From Lepidodermella squamata (Eukaryota; Animalia; Gastrotricha): a stretch of 64,000 nt of DNA. Shown here piece after piece: positions 49,001-60,984 of this stretch. Every line of letters starts with the position of its first letter. Position 1 is the first letter of the stretch. The notes under the pieces are model-generated. The model was not told where the DNA came from and searched no databases. It worked only from the letters and a program-made list of their open reading frames with translations. The translations under genes and the position numbers were made by a program. The stretch spans positions 1,922,001 to 1,986,000 of the forward strand of contig JBLDXI010000010.1 in NCBI GenBank assembly GCA_047495785.1, given 5' to 3'.

Positions 49001-52000
49001 TTCGTCGGAAATCATTCCAGTTCGGTCGCCTAAATGCAGCTCGACACTATGGATGGTTATTGGTACGCCTCTGTTCGAAATTTCGAAAGTCCCGTCGGAG
49101 CCAGGTTTCTTCTCGGCAGCTTTTTCGAATTCGAATGTATGCTTTTCATTCGACAACAAATGATGAAGATGCAGTTTTGAAATGTCCCATTTCGTTCGGT
49201 ATTTAACAGCGTCTGCAAACTTGATTCGAACCTTTTCAATGGGTCCAGTTTCGCCAACGTCGAATTCGATTTCTCGCTTTTTCGCCTCGCCTGGTTTCAG
49301 TGTGATATCGTCGAACTCGAAAGCATCTGAGTTTCCATTTTCTCCGACGACAGTAAAAGCAAGGCCGACTTTCTTGAAAACCTCTTGCGTATCGCGATTT
49401 TCCCACCATAAATTCCATAGATTGGCTAGTATTGTTAATAAGTTGTAGCAAAATATTGTAGCTATAAGTGATATTTTAACTTACGAGGATAGTCTTTGTC
49501 CCGATTGAACTCGATGACATACTCAGCATCTGGCTTATGTGTCGGCCTAACCACAATTTTCTGTACGAAATCCGCCGTCTCCTTGCCACCAGTCAGATTA
49601 TGAGTGAAAACAACCGCCTTAATCTTGCCAATATCAACGCCCTCAACATCGAACTTCAACACCTCGCCCTTCCGAATTTTTAGAGGTCCATCTGATTTCG
49701 CGTTTACCGCTGTTCTTTCTCCGGTATCACCCTTAGATCCTCTGATTAGGACTTTGGCCTTCAAATCAGGGGTGAATAAGGCCTCGCGATCTTCGGTATG
49801 CAGCTCGACCTCGTAGATTGAAATAGGATCGCCTCGAGCAGAAGCTTCGAAAGTTGAATCGCCCAGTTTTTTCGAATGTGCCTTTGGAAATTCGAAAGTG
49901 TGAAGCTGAGCAGTCCGCACGTGGAGCAAATGAAGCTTGGCAATGTCCCATTTTGTCTTGCGAGCTACATCGTCTTGAAATTTGATTCGAACCTTGACTA
50001 TAGCTCCCACTTTAGCTGGCTCGAATAACAACTTCTTCCGATCGGAGGATTCCCCAGGGTTCAAATCGCAGTTAAATTCGAAGTCCTTAGTTTCCTCATT
50101 CTCTCCGACTACAACAAAGGCCAAGTTAACACCTTGGTACGGCTTTTGCTCAGCTCGATTTTCCCACCATAGAGACCACAATTTATCCGGGGCGTCGGGT
50201 TTTGGCTTGTCTTGCTTCGTCTCGCGATCGAAGGTAATTTCGTAAGCAGCAGCTTTTTTACTCATGTTTCGGACGACTATTTTTTGCACGAAATCTGCAG
50301 TGGTTTTACCTGGCTGGTTGTGTTTAAAGGTCACGCCTTTGATCTCGCCGATATCTACGCCCTCAATCTGACATCTAACGATCTCGCCTTGCTTTAGTTT
50401 CAGTTTTCCGTCTACCTGGGCGTTGACTAGGGTCCGCTCACCTGTGTCCCCTGATTCGCCCCGAACTAGAAGTTTAGCGCGGACATCATCGCTAAATAGG
50501 CCATCCCTATCTGCCGTATGAAATTCGACCTCGTAAATACTGATAGGTAGCCCCTTTTCCGATACCTCAACCGTTGTATCGCCCTGCTTGTATACGATTG
50601 GCTTCTGAAATTCAAACGTGTGAATTTCTTCCGTCGCAAGGTGTTTCAAGTGCAATTTCGCAATTTCCCACTTGAGGCCTTTCGTTTTAGCCTGTTCGCT
50701 TGGCTTGAAGCGAACTTTGTCGATAGGGCCGATTTTGTCTGGATCGAATTTGATTTTTCGCTTGTCACTTTCGCCAGGTTTCAGGTCCATTTCAACGTTG
50801 ATTTCGTCGGTTGATGCCTTCTCGCCAACTACAACAAAGGCGAGCGGCATTGCTTGAAATTCTTGCTGATTTTTGCGATTTTCCCACCATAGCAGCCAAG
50901 TGTTTTCTTAAGATAGAAAAATGTTGGGACATGAAGGGTAAATTGTTATGTTAGTATCTTACTTGGAATATCTTTCTTCTCCACCGGTGGCGGGTCTTCT
51001 TTTTTCGGCTCTTTCTTTGGTTCTTCCTTCGGCTTTTCTTTTTCTTTTTCCTTTTCCTTCTCTTTCTCCTTTTCTTTCTTCGGCTCTGGCTCTTTTTCTT
51101 TTACCGGCTCTTCCTTCGTCTTTTCTTCTTTTTTCGGCTTGTCCTTCTTCTCTTTCTCTTCAGGCTCGTCGCCAGGTAGAACCAATTTATCAGGGTTTTT
51201 GTCACCCTTTTCAGGCGAGAAATACTTGCCACAGGGAAAGGTCCACTCGTTGTCGGAATCAGGCATTTTCACGATAACCTTATCGACACGCCAGTGATTT
51301 TTGTCTCCTTTCAAATCGTTGACGAGCCGAATTTTCTTAACTTCACCCAGTTTGATTATGGGAAGCACGAATTCTTCCATGGTGCCAGCTTGGAACCGAG
51401 TTTTGTTGTCATTCAGCAACTTTCGAATTCCGGAGTTGCCGTACTCTCTAAAATTGAGATGAAAATCGAATTGGATCAAAAGTCAACCTAAATTTTAATA
51501 GATACCCCGTGATATGAATTTTTGCCCCGCAATTCATTGGTCCAGATTTTTCATGTGTGTAGACCTCAACTATGTAGTTGACCAAAGGCAGAAGTGGATA
51601 ATCAGGCCAAACAATGAACACTTCACTGGTTGGCTCTCGAGTTTTGGTCTTCTCTAGTTCCAAATTGCAATCGGTCTGAAAGACATCCTTATCTCTTGGA
51701 TGAAACAGCTTCATCCATTTCATTTTCCACTGAGCACGTTCGACATTTTCAGGGAAGCTGAATCGAATTTTGAATATATCACCAATGTCCTTATCAATGT
51801 TCAGCTCGAACACGTCAACCTGGCCGGGTTGAAACGGCTTGCCTCCACTTTTAGGTTGCGTCAAGTTATCGGGGTCGTCGTCTTTTTTGACACCGCAAAT
51901 AGTAACGACAACTGGACATGTCAGGGGTGGCGAATCGGGGGCGGTTTCAAGGTGTAGCTCCCATTTTGACACTGTGGAAAACACGAGTTTGTGAATCGCC

Positions 52001-52580
52001 CTTAACAGATGAAAGTGAAGGTTTGCAGGTATTATGCACCTAAAGTACTCTTAGAACGAATCGCCTGAAAAATGGGGTAATCTAGAACCAGAGTTTAGCT
52101 TGATTGATATGAAAAGCTTATTGGCCTAGTTTCGATTGGACTTAGATATAGGTTTGATTGCTAATCTGAGATTCGGCACCCAACACGCACGAATTAAATA
52201 TAAGATTTATTAAAATATTATCCTTGGTTGATCTTAGCTTGATTATCCCTGAGAATCCCTGAGTGCCTCATCGACACTTGTTTACAATACCGCTCCCGAA
52301 AATTAGGTTTATCCATATTTAGAGGAGAATTACGTACACATGGAAACAATTATCCAAGGATAACATTCCACACGAATTAGCTTCAAGAAATTAGCGAATA
52401 AATTAAAAACGTTCAATGTTCAATCTTAAACTTACGATTCAGCTTAGGCGGGGCGATTTTGATGTCCTTTGGCTTGATCAGATTCGTCTGTGAAGCAACT
52501 TCTTCGAGCGCGTTTCGTATTATCTTCTCAATCTCACGCGGGTCCTTCCCTTTTGTTTCGTAAGCAATTTTGAAGTCCAT
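46021..52580 (-). CDS. LOXHD1-like PLAT/LH2-repeat protein 1 (about 14 PLAT-like units, KE-rich linker, multi-exon)
   Basis: Repeated PLAT signatures: YxVxVxTG, GDTGKRxL, FxPxQxDxFxIEAxDIGxIxK, IEHNNIG...WYLDK, FxCxxWL. Short first exon MDFKIAYE... at 52580; last exon ends IIVP* at 46021. Confidence 0.85.
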
Positions 52581-53072
52581 GGCGTTTACTTATTGCTACT
52601 GAACGATTAAATAGCTCGATGAAAAAACAGGGTGATTGAGTGTTTGTACATCCAAAGTCAAGTTTTTTGAAAAATACGCGCCAAATGGAATCGAAAATTT
52701 AATGCACTTGAAATAATAGTGTGTGGTCACGTATTACGCCGAATATTTCTGATGTGTCTTGGATGTTCACGTTTGTATCTGTTTGAGCGTATTGTTGAAT
52801 AATGAATGACCAGCATGTATTGATTAGTCAATTCTCCGATAATGCACGCATCACCACAACACTACATCTGCGGGTTTTTTCACTTGTGAGAGTTCTAGCT
52901 TTAAGCGCCAAATTACGATCGATGCACTCAGGTGATAATGATCATGGTCGATACGATTTAGCGGAAAAATCTGGAAAATGACCGAAAAGCATGTTGCAGT
53001 ACATAAATCGGCAAAAGAGTTTTACTCTTATGAACGACTTAAAATACGGCTTATCCCAAGGCATCACTAGTC

Positions 53073-55325
53073 TTAGAATCTAAACTTCGAATAAAAAATT
53101 GGTAGGATCCATAGTGCAGAAAACACGCTCGATTGCAGCAAGCTTATTAGAGCCAACGCAATATTCTGGCTGATACTATTCCCCGCTAGTACCAATTGAA
53201 TCAACACTCCAGCTGGCAGCAGAGTCACTCCACAGATAGCTCCAAGGAGAATAAGGGTATACTCAGGGATGCCAGTAATCCGGCTATGCTTCAGTTGGTA
53301 AAATTTTGCCAAACCTAGAATTTGAAGCAGCTCTAGGAAAACTCCCGTAATTCCAAGCAGTGCCCAGCCAATTGAAGAGGTTTGAGGGCTATCGCTGCAC
53401 TTGATGTGATAGTACTCGTAAACCATATCTAAAACCTCGTCGTAGATCGGGTAGGACATTGGGCTTTCATAGCATTGAATGTTACGGGTGGAAATCCAAG
53501 CAATTGCGAATGAAATTAATCCTAGAGCAGTAATACAAGCAAGTTTTAAGGCGAATTTATTGCTAAGACCAATTATCAGCGGGTCCAAGTTGCTTCGTTT
53601 CTTTGAGCTTCTTCTTTGATTACTGAAAATATCTGCAAGAGACGTTTCAGGCCTGGGAATTCTAGAGACGAAAAGCTGTATAGCGATGACTCGGCAGGGC
53701 GAAATCAACAGCGACACTGCGGCTCCTGATATCAAAAGAAAATATGAGCAATTCGCGAGAAGCTCGCTTCCGATTTCTCTATCTATTGAGAAAGAAATTG
53801 ATGACGAATTCAAGAGATAGCAGCCTAACAATCCAAAAACCTTCGTCAACTTCAAATATGTGGATTGAGCTTCACTTCGTACGATGAATCCTACGCCTAG
53901 AAACTGAAAAGCTGATATGAGACTTGCAAGAGTCCAAATGCTGATCGAAAAAGATCGAGATAGCTTCAGGTTTATCCGCTCAACCTGCGCCTTGTCCGTT
54001 GGCGGTGTGCCAAGCACCCACGATATGGGCGAAACTAGGTCTAATCTGAAATTTCTCAGGTCGAATTCGTCAGAGTCACTTTTAGCTAATTGCTGCACCG
54101 TCATTCGTCTCCAAAAGCCGCCATTATATTGACTCAACACTACAACATTGCCCATCAATTGGCCATCCTTGTTGTAGGAAGTTCTTCCAATTCTTACACC
54201 GTTAAACTCTGTTGAATGAAGCACCCTCCTTACTACGTCAATCACGAGTTGCGGTCTCGTATTGTAATCAAGGAGGGTAAGATTGTAATCCCGCCTTAAT
54301 ATATCATCGGTTTTGTTCAACGTGACTACAGTTGTAGAAAATGTATCCCTGATTAGATAGGCGAAAAATAGGTCGTCACTTATCGATAGACCTTTGCCGA
54401 TTAGGAATTTGTCAAAATCCTCACTAGTATCACCTAAATCGGTAATCCAGGAGTAGTTGAGCGGATTTGATATCGAACCGTAGAAAATTGATTGCTTAAA
54501 TTGCTCAAAAAGCATACTTCCCGAGCAGACTGGCGAACTGGCAGTTGTAACGACTGTTGTCGAAAGCATGAAGACGTACCTTGGCCCCTTCAATCCAGCT
54601 CGATAAGCCTCACAAAGAAATTGAGTTAAAATTACAGGCTGGCCGATTGCTACGTAAATAACTCTCAGCCGTGAGCTTTTCAGGTACGAAATTGTCTCGG
54701 AATTTGCCTCTGTAATCATGTCAAAATAAGGAACTTCAAGTCCTTCGATCAAAGCTCTTTCTTGTAAGAAGTAAGCGTGTGGCACATCAAAAGCTGAATT
54801 CGATTGAGCGATAATAGCGAATTGTGTCCACTTTCCGACATTCTTCATGAAAGCTACATTTGAAGCTACGGCCGTTTTTATGCTGCCCTGGGACAAGTAT
54901 AAGTTTGGATACAATTTCCGATCTGTCAGAAACGGTGCTCCGCAAAATATGCTGATAGCAATAGAATCGAAGTAGTGGAGAATTCTTCCTAGAGATTTGC
55001 AGCCGTTTGATAAATTGGGTCCGATAATCAATGGCAATTGCATGCCGTTCTGCCTTCGGTGGTTTATGAAGCCTTGTACTGCGTTATTTCCGAAAAATTC
55101 TTCGTATCTTTCGACTTCAAGGTGATAGTTTGGAAGTAAATCTGAACGGGAGTTTGCAATATTGACGACATATTCCGCCGCGCTTCTCAGAGCCTGAACC
55201 TGCCTGGGATCGTAGCCGATTTCTGTAATGACATGGAAAAGCTGGATTCGAAAGGTTTTATTAACTGCATGAGATTCATTTAGGATTGCAATTGTCAGCA
55301 TGAGTACGAGACATGTTGAAATCAT
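53073..55325 (-). CDS. Divergent class C GPCR, GABA-B-receptor-like (intronless CDS)
   Basis: Signal peptide; ANSRSDLLPNYHL, IIGPNLS, LTDRKLYPNLY, FLCEAYRAGLKGPRYVF, ISWVLGTPPTD; then 7 hydrophobic segments and a very short C-tail. Confidence 0.85.
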   Translation of the reverse strand: MISTCLVLMLTIAILNESHAVNKTFRIQLFHVITEIGYDPRQVQALRSAAEYVVNIANSRSDLLPNYHLEVERYEEFFGNNAVQGFINHRRQNGMQLPLIIGPNLSNGCKSLGRILHYFDSIAISIFCGAPFLTDRKLYPNLYLSQGSIKTAVASNVAFMKNVGKWTQFAIIAQSNSAFDVPHAYFLQERALIEGLEVPYFDMITEANSETISYLKSSRLRVIYVAIGQPVILTQFLCEAYRAGLKGPRYVFMLSTTVVTTASSPVCSGSMLFEQFKQSIFYGSISNPLNYSWITDLGDTSEDFDKFLIGKGLSISDDLFFAYLIRDTFSTTVVTLNKTDDILRRDYNLTLLDYNTRPQLVIDVVRRVLHSTEFNGVRIGRTSYNKDGQLMGNVVVLSQYNGGFWRRMTVQQLAKSDSDEFDLRNFRLDLVSPISWVLGTPPTDKAQVERINLKLSRSFSISIWTLASLISAFQFLGVGFIVRSEAQSTYLKLTKVFGLLGCYLLNSSSISFSIDREIGSELLANCSYFLLISGAAVSLLISPCRVIAIQLFVSRIPRPETSLADIFSNQRRSSKKRSNLDPLIIGLSNKFALKLACITALGLISFAIAWISTRNIQCYESPMSYPIYDEVLDMVYEYYHIKCSDSPQTSSIGWALLGITGVFLELLQILGLAKFYQLKHSRITGIPEYTLILLGAICGVTLLPAGVLIQLVLAGNSISQNIALALISLLQSSVFSALWILPIFYSKFRF

Positions 55326-55811
55326 AGCTGAAACAGGAATTAAAAGAAAGATGAGGGTCACGAAGATACACCCCTCATTAGAAATAAAGATGGGAGTGGG
55401 TGTTTTAAGCTAATCTTAGTCTGATTAGCTTAGGGAAGAAGACGCCGTGTTTCCTCAAACATTATTTGGATAATTTAAGCGCATTGATCATTCCCACGAT
55501 AAATTCTGCTACCTGTCTGAGAATCGACAGGTCGAAAGTTTGACGTAACAAAAACTTAGAGCGGGCAAGTGAGCTGCTCAAACATCGATTGAACATGAAA
55601 AGTGGCTTGATTCAGGTAAATCCTCTCAAGTTGTATTCCTAAGCTATTCCAATCATTCGCATCCCGAGGCTGTACCATATCTTTTTTGCTTTACTTGTTG
55701 GCAGGGCCGAATAAAGGTTCATCGAAATGAGGAATAATGAACCTCAATTTCCAACTTCTTTTAATGACAAAAAATGAATTTCTTTGTGGGCTTTATTTGT
55801 CAACCAGGAAA

Positions 55812-58800
55812 TCATCGAATTGATAACTCCGCATCTCTGCTGATGTCAGTTTTTACCAATAGCCTGAAAATTAACAGAAGAAATGATTGGCAGCCAGCCA
55901 TTTTAGATAAGAACTCACTTGTTAACCGCAAAATCAGTTCGCCCAATCTGGCCGCCCTCCCAAGCCACAGTCACTGCGTTAACCTCGATATAGTAATCCA
56001 TCTCCGCAGCATCGTGGCTCAAAACCAAATGCGTCACCTCGCCAACACCAACAGCCGTTAAGCTGAACCGGCTGCAGGCGTCAGGAACAAAAAACGGGGT
56101 ACCTCCAACTGTTTTTCTCAAGCCACGCTTCCCCGAATTGAACGCACCACGGCCAAATAGCGTGCAATACACATTCATGTGCTGCGGCATGTCGCGGCTC
56201 GTTTTTGGCCCGAGAAACAAGCTTATTTCGTACTGTAGAGAATTAGCAGCGATTTTGCCGAAATAACTCGCCGAAACTTCTCGAACAATCTCGCCGTCTT
56301 CCTTTGAATCTGACAGCCAACGACCAACCTCGAAATGTAAGGTACTTTCACGAGGTTTCGCTAGACTTTGAAGCGTAAACTTATCAACGAACCAATGCCG
56401 TTGAGTTCCTAGGTTGTTATGTTCGAGGCGGGCTTTGACGACCGACCCTCCAATTTGATCGACTGGGAAGTTGACAGCGAATGTATCGACTGCCTTTGCT
56501 CGGAATGGAGGTGGCGGTTGGAACTTTTTCTTGCTAGTCGTTATTTCCGCAACTGGGTCAACTATCGACATGAGTGGGGTGGATCCCTTCTCGCCGAATA
56601 GGGTCAGAGATACCAAGGAATTGCACGCCATGGATTGGTCCGTTCCAGTCGAGACAATCATTACGTAATCCCCAGCTTTCGGCTTGACTGGTTTTCTGAG
56701 AGCGGGATTTTTCGTGCTTATATTGAAAGAAATAGACTTAGCATTGATTGGGTCCAACATTTTGCCGCCACATTCGAAAACAAACTCATCACCTATAACG
56801 GGGTGAGTTTGGACCATTATTTTGTTTAAAGTCCATCTGACGTCTTCGTCTTTTGATTCTAGAGTCACTACAGCTTTCTTCACATCGCCGATATCGATTG
56901 CTTCTAAATCGAATAGGTCCATTTGGTTTGGGTAGAACTTGTTGATTCGACATTTCGAGTTGGCTAATCTTCGCTTTCCTGTATCGCCAATAAGCCCGAT
57001 GAGTTCGATGAAAATGTTGACAGGGCTCTCCGCTTCATCTAGGCCGTTAGATCCAGTCCATACAGCGATCTGATACTTGATTACAGGCATCTCAAGGGGC
57101 GGATTTTTGTTAGTTAGTAGAAATTCTCGGAAACCATCATGCTTGGGGCTTGCCCTAAAAAAGTGAAGCAAGTATATCTATAAAGTAATGGAGAACAGAA
57201 ACCTACCAAATCCAATTGTTAACGTCGAAGAGATACTTTTTCCCATTCATGATTTCAATTCCAACTTGGTCGACAAACAGGGTGGGAGTTTTAGCGAAAT
57301 CTTCGAATCCCATTCGAATCTTGAAGACGTCTTTCACGTCCTCAATCTCAGTTTTGAATTGGTGAACTTGATCCGGGACAAAACCTGAAGCTTGTTTCAG
57401 GATTACTGGTTGGCCGGTTTTTAAGGTTCCGCATAACTGGAGACTTAAGGCTGCTTGGGTTGTAGAGATCGGGACATTACCAGTTCGAATCTTGATAAGG
57501 CAAGACGATTCTGCGGCAAAAATAATCACAAAAGCTATAAATATATTTCGAGACTAACTTTTTACTGGAGGCAAGACTGGTTCCTGAATCTTAGCCGCTA
57601 ATGGGTCGGGTCTGAAGTTGAAAACGAAGTCTCTCGGTTCCTTCCAATGCAGAGGAGTAACTATCGCTCGAACAACAGAATTTCGAAACACCGCGAGTTC
57701 GACCTCATTCGAACCTCCAAAAACGATATTTGCAACATCGCCAACATCTTCCTCACATTCCACAATGAAAGTGTCGGTCTGGCCTGCTCGAAACCTTATT
57801 GAATTATTGGTCGACTGAGCAAGCCAACATTTGCTGGAAACACTACTCCCGCCCTCGTTTTTGAACTTGATATACACTTCAATGTTTGGATTGATTGGTT
57901 TCGGAGGTTGGCCCATGTAAATCTCGACTTTGTACTTCGATTTCTGCTTTGGTGGCGGCGGAGGTCCCATTTGAAAGGTGTGAAGCTTCCCGGTGGCATG
58001 ATGAAGGAGTCGCACCTCTTTAATGTGCCACGGATGGTCGCCTGAAACATTCGGACCGTGGCCAAATTTAAGCTAGGAAATAAGAGCATTGAGAACCAGC
58101 CTGATTGGTGTTAAAACCTACGCGTTTTATCGAGCCAATATCGTCTTCAAGGACGAGTAGATGTCTTACGCTGTCACCTGGAGCCAAATTCACGTCCAGG
58201 TAAAATGGCTGAGACTCCCCATCCGAGCCGACTATGATTACGCTGATCTGGACTTGATCTTTTGGCTGTGAGTCCCAATTGGTCCAAGATATATACCATT
58301 CCCTAGGGTCGATTTTTGGAACCTCAGGTTCGGGCTCAGGTTCGGGTGTTGGTTCTGGAATCGGCGTCGGAGTCGGCTCGTTGTACTCGAACACGTACTC
58401 TTCGTCACTATGTGTTGGCCGAACAATGATCGCTGATAAAAAATCCGTAGCTTGAGCTCCAGGCTTGTTATGCAGAAACTGGCAGCTTGTTATCTCGCCG
58501 ATATCATAAGACGACTCTACTTGGGCTAAAATTACTTCGCCAGGTAAAAGGCCATGGGTGTCATTAATGACTGATTGCCGAGCTGTAGCTCCCTTTGTGC
58601 CACATAGCACTATTTTCGCTATCACGTCATCGCTACGAAACAGGCCTTTCCTGTTGCCGGTATGCAACTCGACGTTATAGATGAATTTAGGCGGCTTCGG
58701 GAGTTCTGGCTCAGGTTCTTGCTCTTTCTGCTGTTGAGGAGGTTGAGGATAGGGTTGCTGAGTTGGGGGAGGAAAGGGGTAGGGGTATGGATACGGGTAA

Positions 58801-60434
58801 AATGGCGGTGGGATCCCTTGAGGCGGTACATGAGGCGGCGGAGGGTACGCGAACCCTTGAATAGGAGGTTTCACGCCACCCTGTCTATCAAAGGTGATCG
58901 AAAATTCCGAGGCCTTGTCGTCAACAACAAAAAACCCCATGGAGATTGACTTATTTGGATCGCTAGGTATGTTTTGCTGATATGTCTTCCATAGATTCTC
59001 AATGTCTTGCGATGACACAGGACCCGGTTGACTCGTAGATGGCGCAGGGTCGGGCTGTTTGAAATTTTGAGGAATTTCTGCTTGCTCGTATTGAGGCTGA
59101 AGAACTTCGACAGGTTTCACCGTCGGAACTGGTTCCGGCTCTGCTTCAGGCTCAGGAGAAGCAAAAGGGTCCTCTTCATAGGTCACTCTGTAAGGCACAG
59201 CCCCCTCAATCTGGGGAGTTATCACGATTTTCCTCACAAAATCCATAGCTTCTTTACCGGGCTTGTTATGGACGAAGGAAACACCCTCTATCACCCCAAT
59301 GTCGGGTGCTGGGAGTTGGAATTTTAAAACATCGCCTCTAGCAATGGTTAAAGGACCGTTGGTTGCGGTGTTGATGAAATTCCACTCCCCGGTCGTTCGG
59401 CCATCGACGCCATTGATTGCTAGATTTATGGTGACATCTTCATCGAAAAGCCCTTCTCGATTATCTGTATGTAATTCAATGTCGTAGGTCACGATGTTAG
59501 TCCCATCGGCCGGCTGTTCCAGCGCAGCTTCTGCCTCCGGTAAAGCTTGGTCGGGTAGTAACCGGTCACATTGGCAGTCATCCAGAGCCGGGTCGAAATA
59601 TTTGCCACACGGAAAATCCCAGCCTAATTCTGCTTCGGCTGATTCCTTAACGACAACGTTGTCCAACTTCCAAGATCGTTGAGTCCCTGAGCAATCATTG
59701 ATAATTCGCACATTTATAATCTGGCCCAGTTGAACTGCTGGTATGGTGAACACATCTACTTGACCGGGTTGAAATCTGGGATTTGTCGAGTTTCTCAGAC
59801 TTCTTCGACCAGTATTGCCATATTCACTAATAAGAATATGAAGTCAAGAATGCAATGATAGAAAATCGAGACGTTTACCCATAAATTATAGCATCCACAC
59901 CACAATCCATTTGCCCAGAATCTGCTGCAGTATGAATGTAAACTTGATAATTAATCACCGCGAAAGGTTGGAATTCAGGTCTTGAAACCGGTGCTTCTTG
60001 CCACGGATCTTCAGACTCTGATCTCGTTAGTGTCAGATTGCACTCCCCTAGAAACGACTCTTGACTCTCAGGATTCGTCAATTTAACGGATTTCAGCTTC
60101 CATTGCACGGCCTCGACCTCTGCTGTGAAACCAAAGCGAAGTTTAAAGATTTCGCCCAGAGCGTTCGGGTCTACGTAAATGCTGAATACATCAGATTGGC
60201 CGGGCTGAAATGGAGGTTGGCCGCTAAGTGGAGTTGCAAGAAGCTGACCGGGTTCGTCATCGCCGTTGTAGCCACATAAAACTACCACAACGGGATGTGG
60301 GCATGGTGGTGAATCCGGAGCAGTTTCTAAGGTAAGTTCCCATACCGCTCCTTATTAAGGCGAATTGTTAAAGTGATGCTTTGTTGAGTGATGCGGTCTA
60401 ACTTACGAGTTTCCGGCACGAAATCTTCAGCCAT
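55812..60434 (-). CDS. LOXHD1-like PLAT/LH2-repeat protein 2 (about 10-11 units, Pro-rich linkers), paralogue of 46021-52580
   Basis: Colinear with paralogue 1: WELxLETAPDSPP, GDTGKRRLANSKC, NQMDLFD, KARLEHNNLGTQRHW, SKEDGEIVRE, GKRGLRKT. First exon MAEDFVPET at 60434. Confidence 0.85.
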
Positions 60435-60984
60435 CGAAAACGTCACCCAGCATCAAAGTGTGGTTGAATATTGAATACAAGAAGATATATACTACAGCCG
60501 TGTCTTTTATAATAAAGATGTTAAACATTGTAATCGATTGGTCGAGTGCGTCTTTAAAGTTGCGGTGCAAGCAATTTTAGTTGGAATCAATAATCATGGA
60601 TCTCTAAAAGAAATGTACCCGTCGCCCAGAAAATGAGGTGAAACAGTGTGAAAATAATATATTCCGGTAAATGCGGTAAGCGGTAATTAAATGACAGCTG
60701 AGCGCAAGTAAGGCGGCATCTGATGTAGCAATGTAACCATTTTAGTATTAGGAGGCATATAAGACGGACGTCCGGTTCAAAATAAAATCGTTTACCCCTT
60801 CACATCTGCAGCCTTGGTCGCCGGCAATGCAACAGAAATTCGAAAAACACACAATATGGCTGCAAACAAATTTTATTCGTTCAAGATTGTTCCCCAATGT
60901 GCAATAATCGGCAAAGAAAAGTATGACTGTGTGAAATAAGAAACTGTGATTTGCACGTAAAGAAAAAGGAAGCGTTTGATATTT

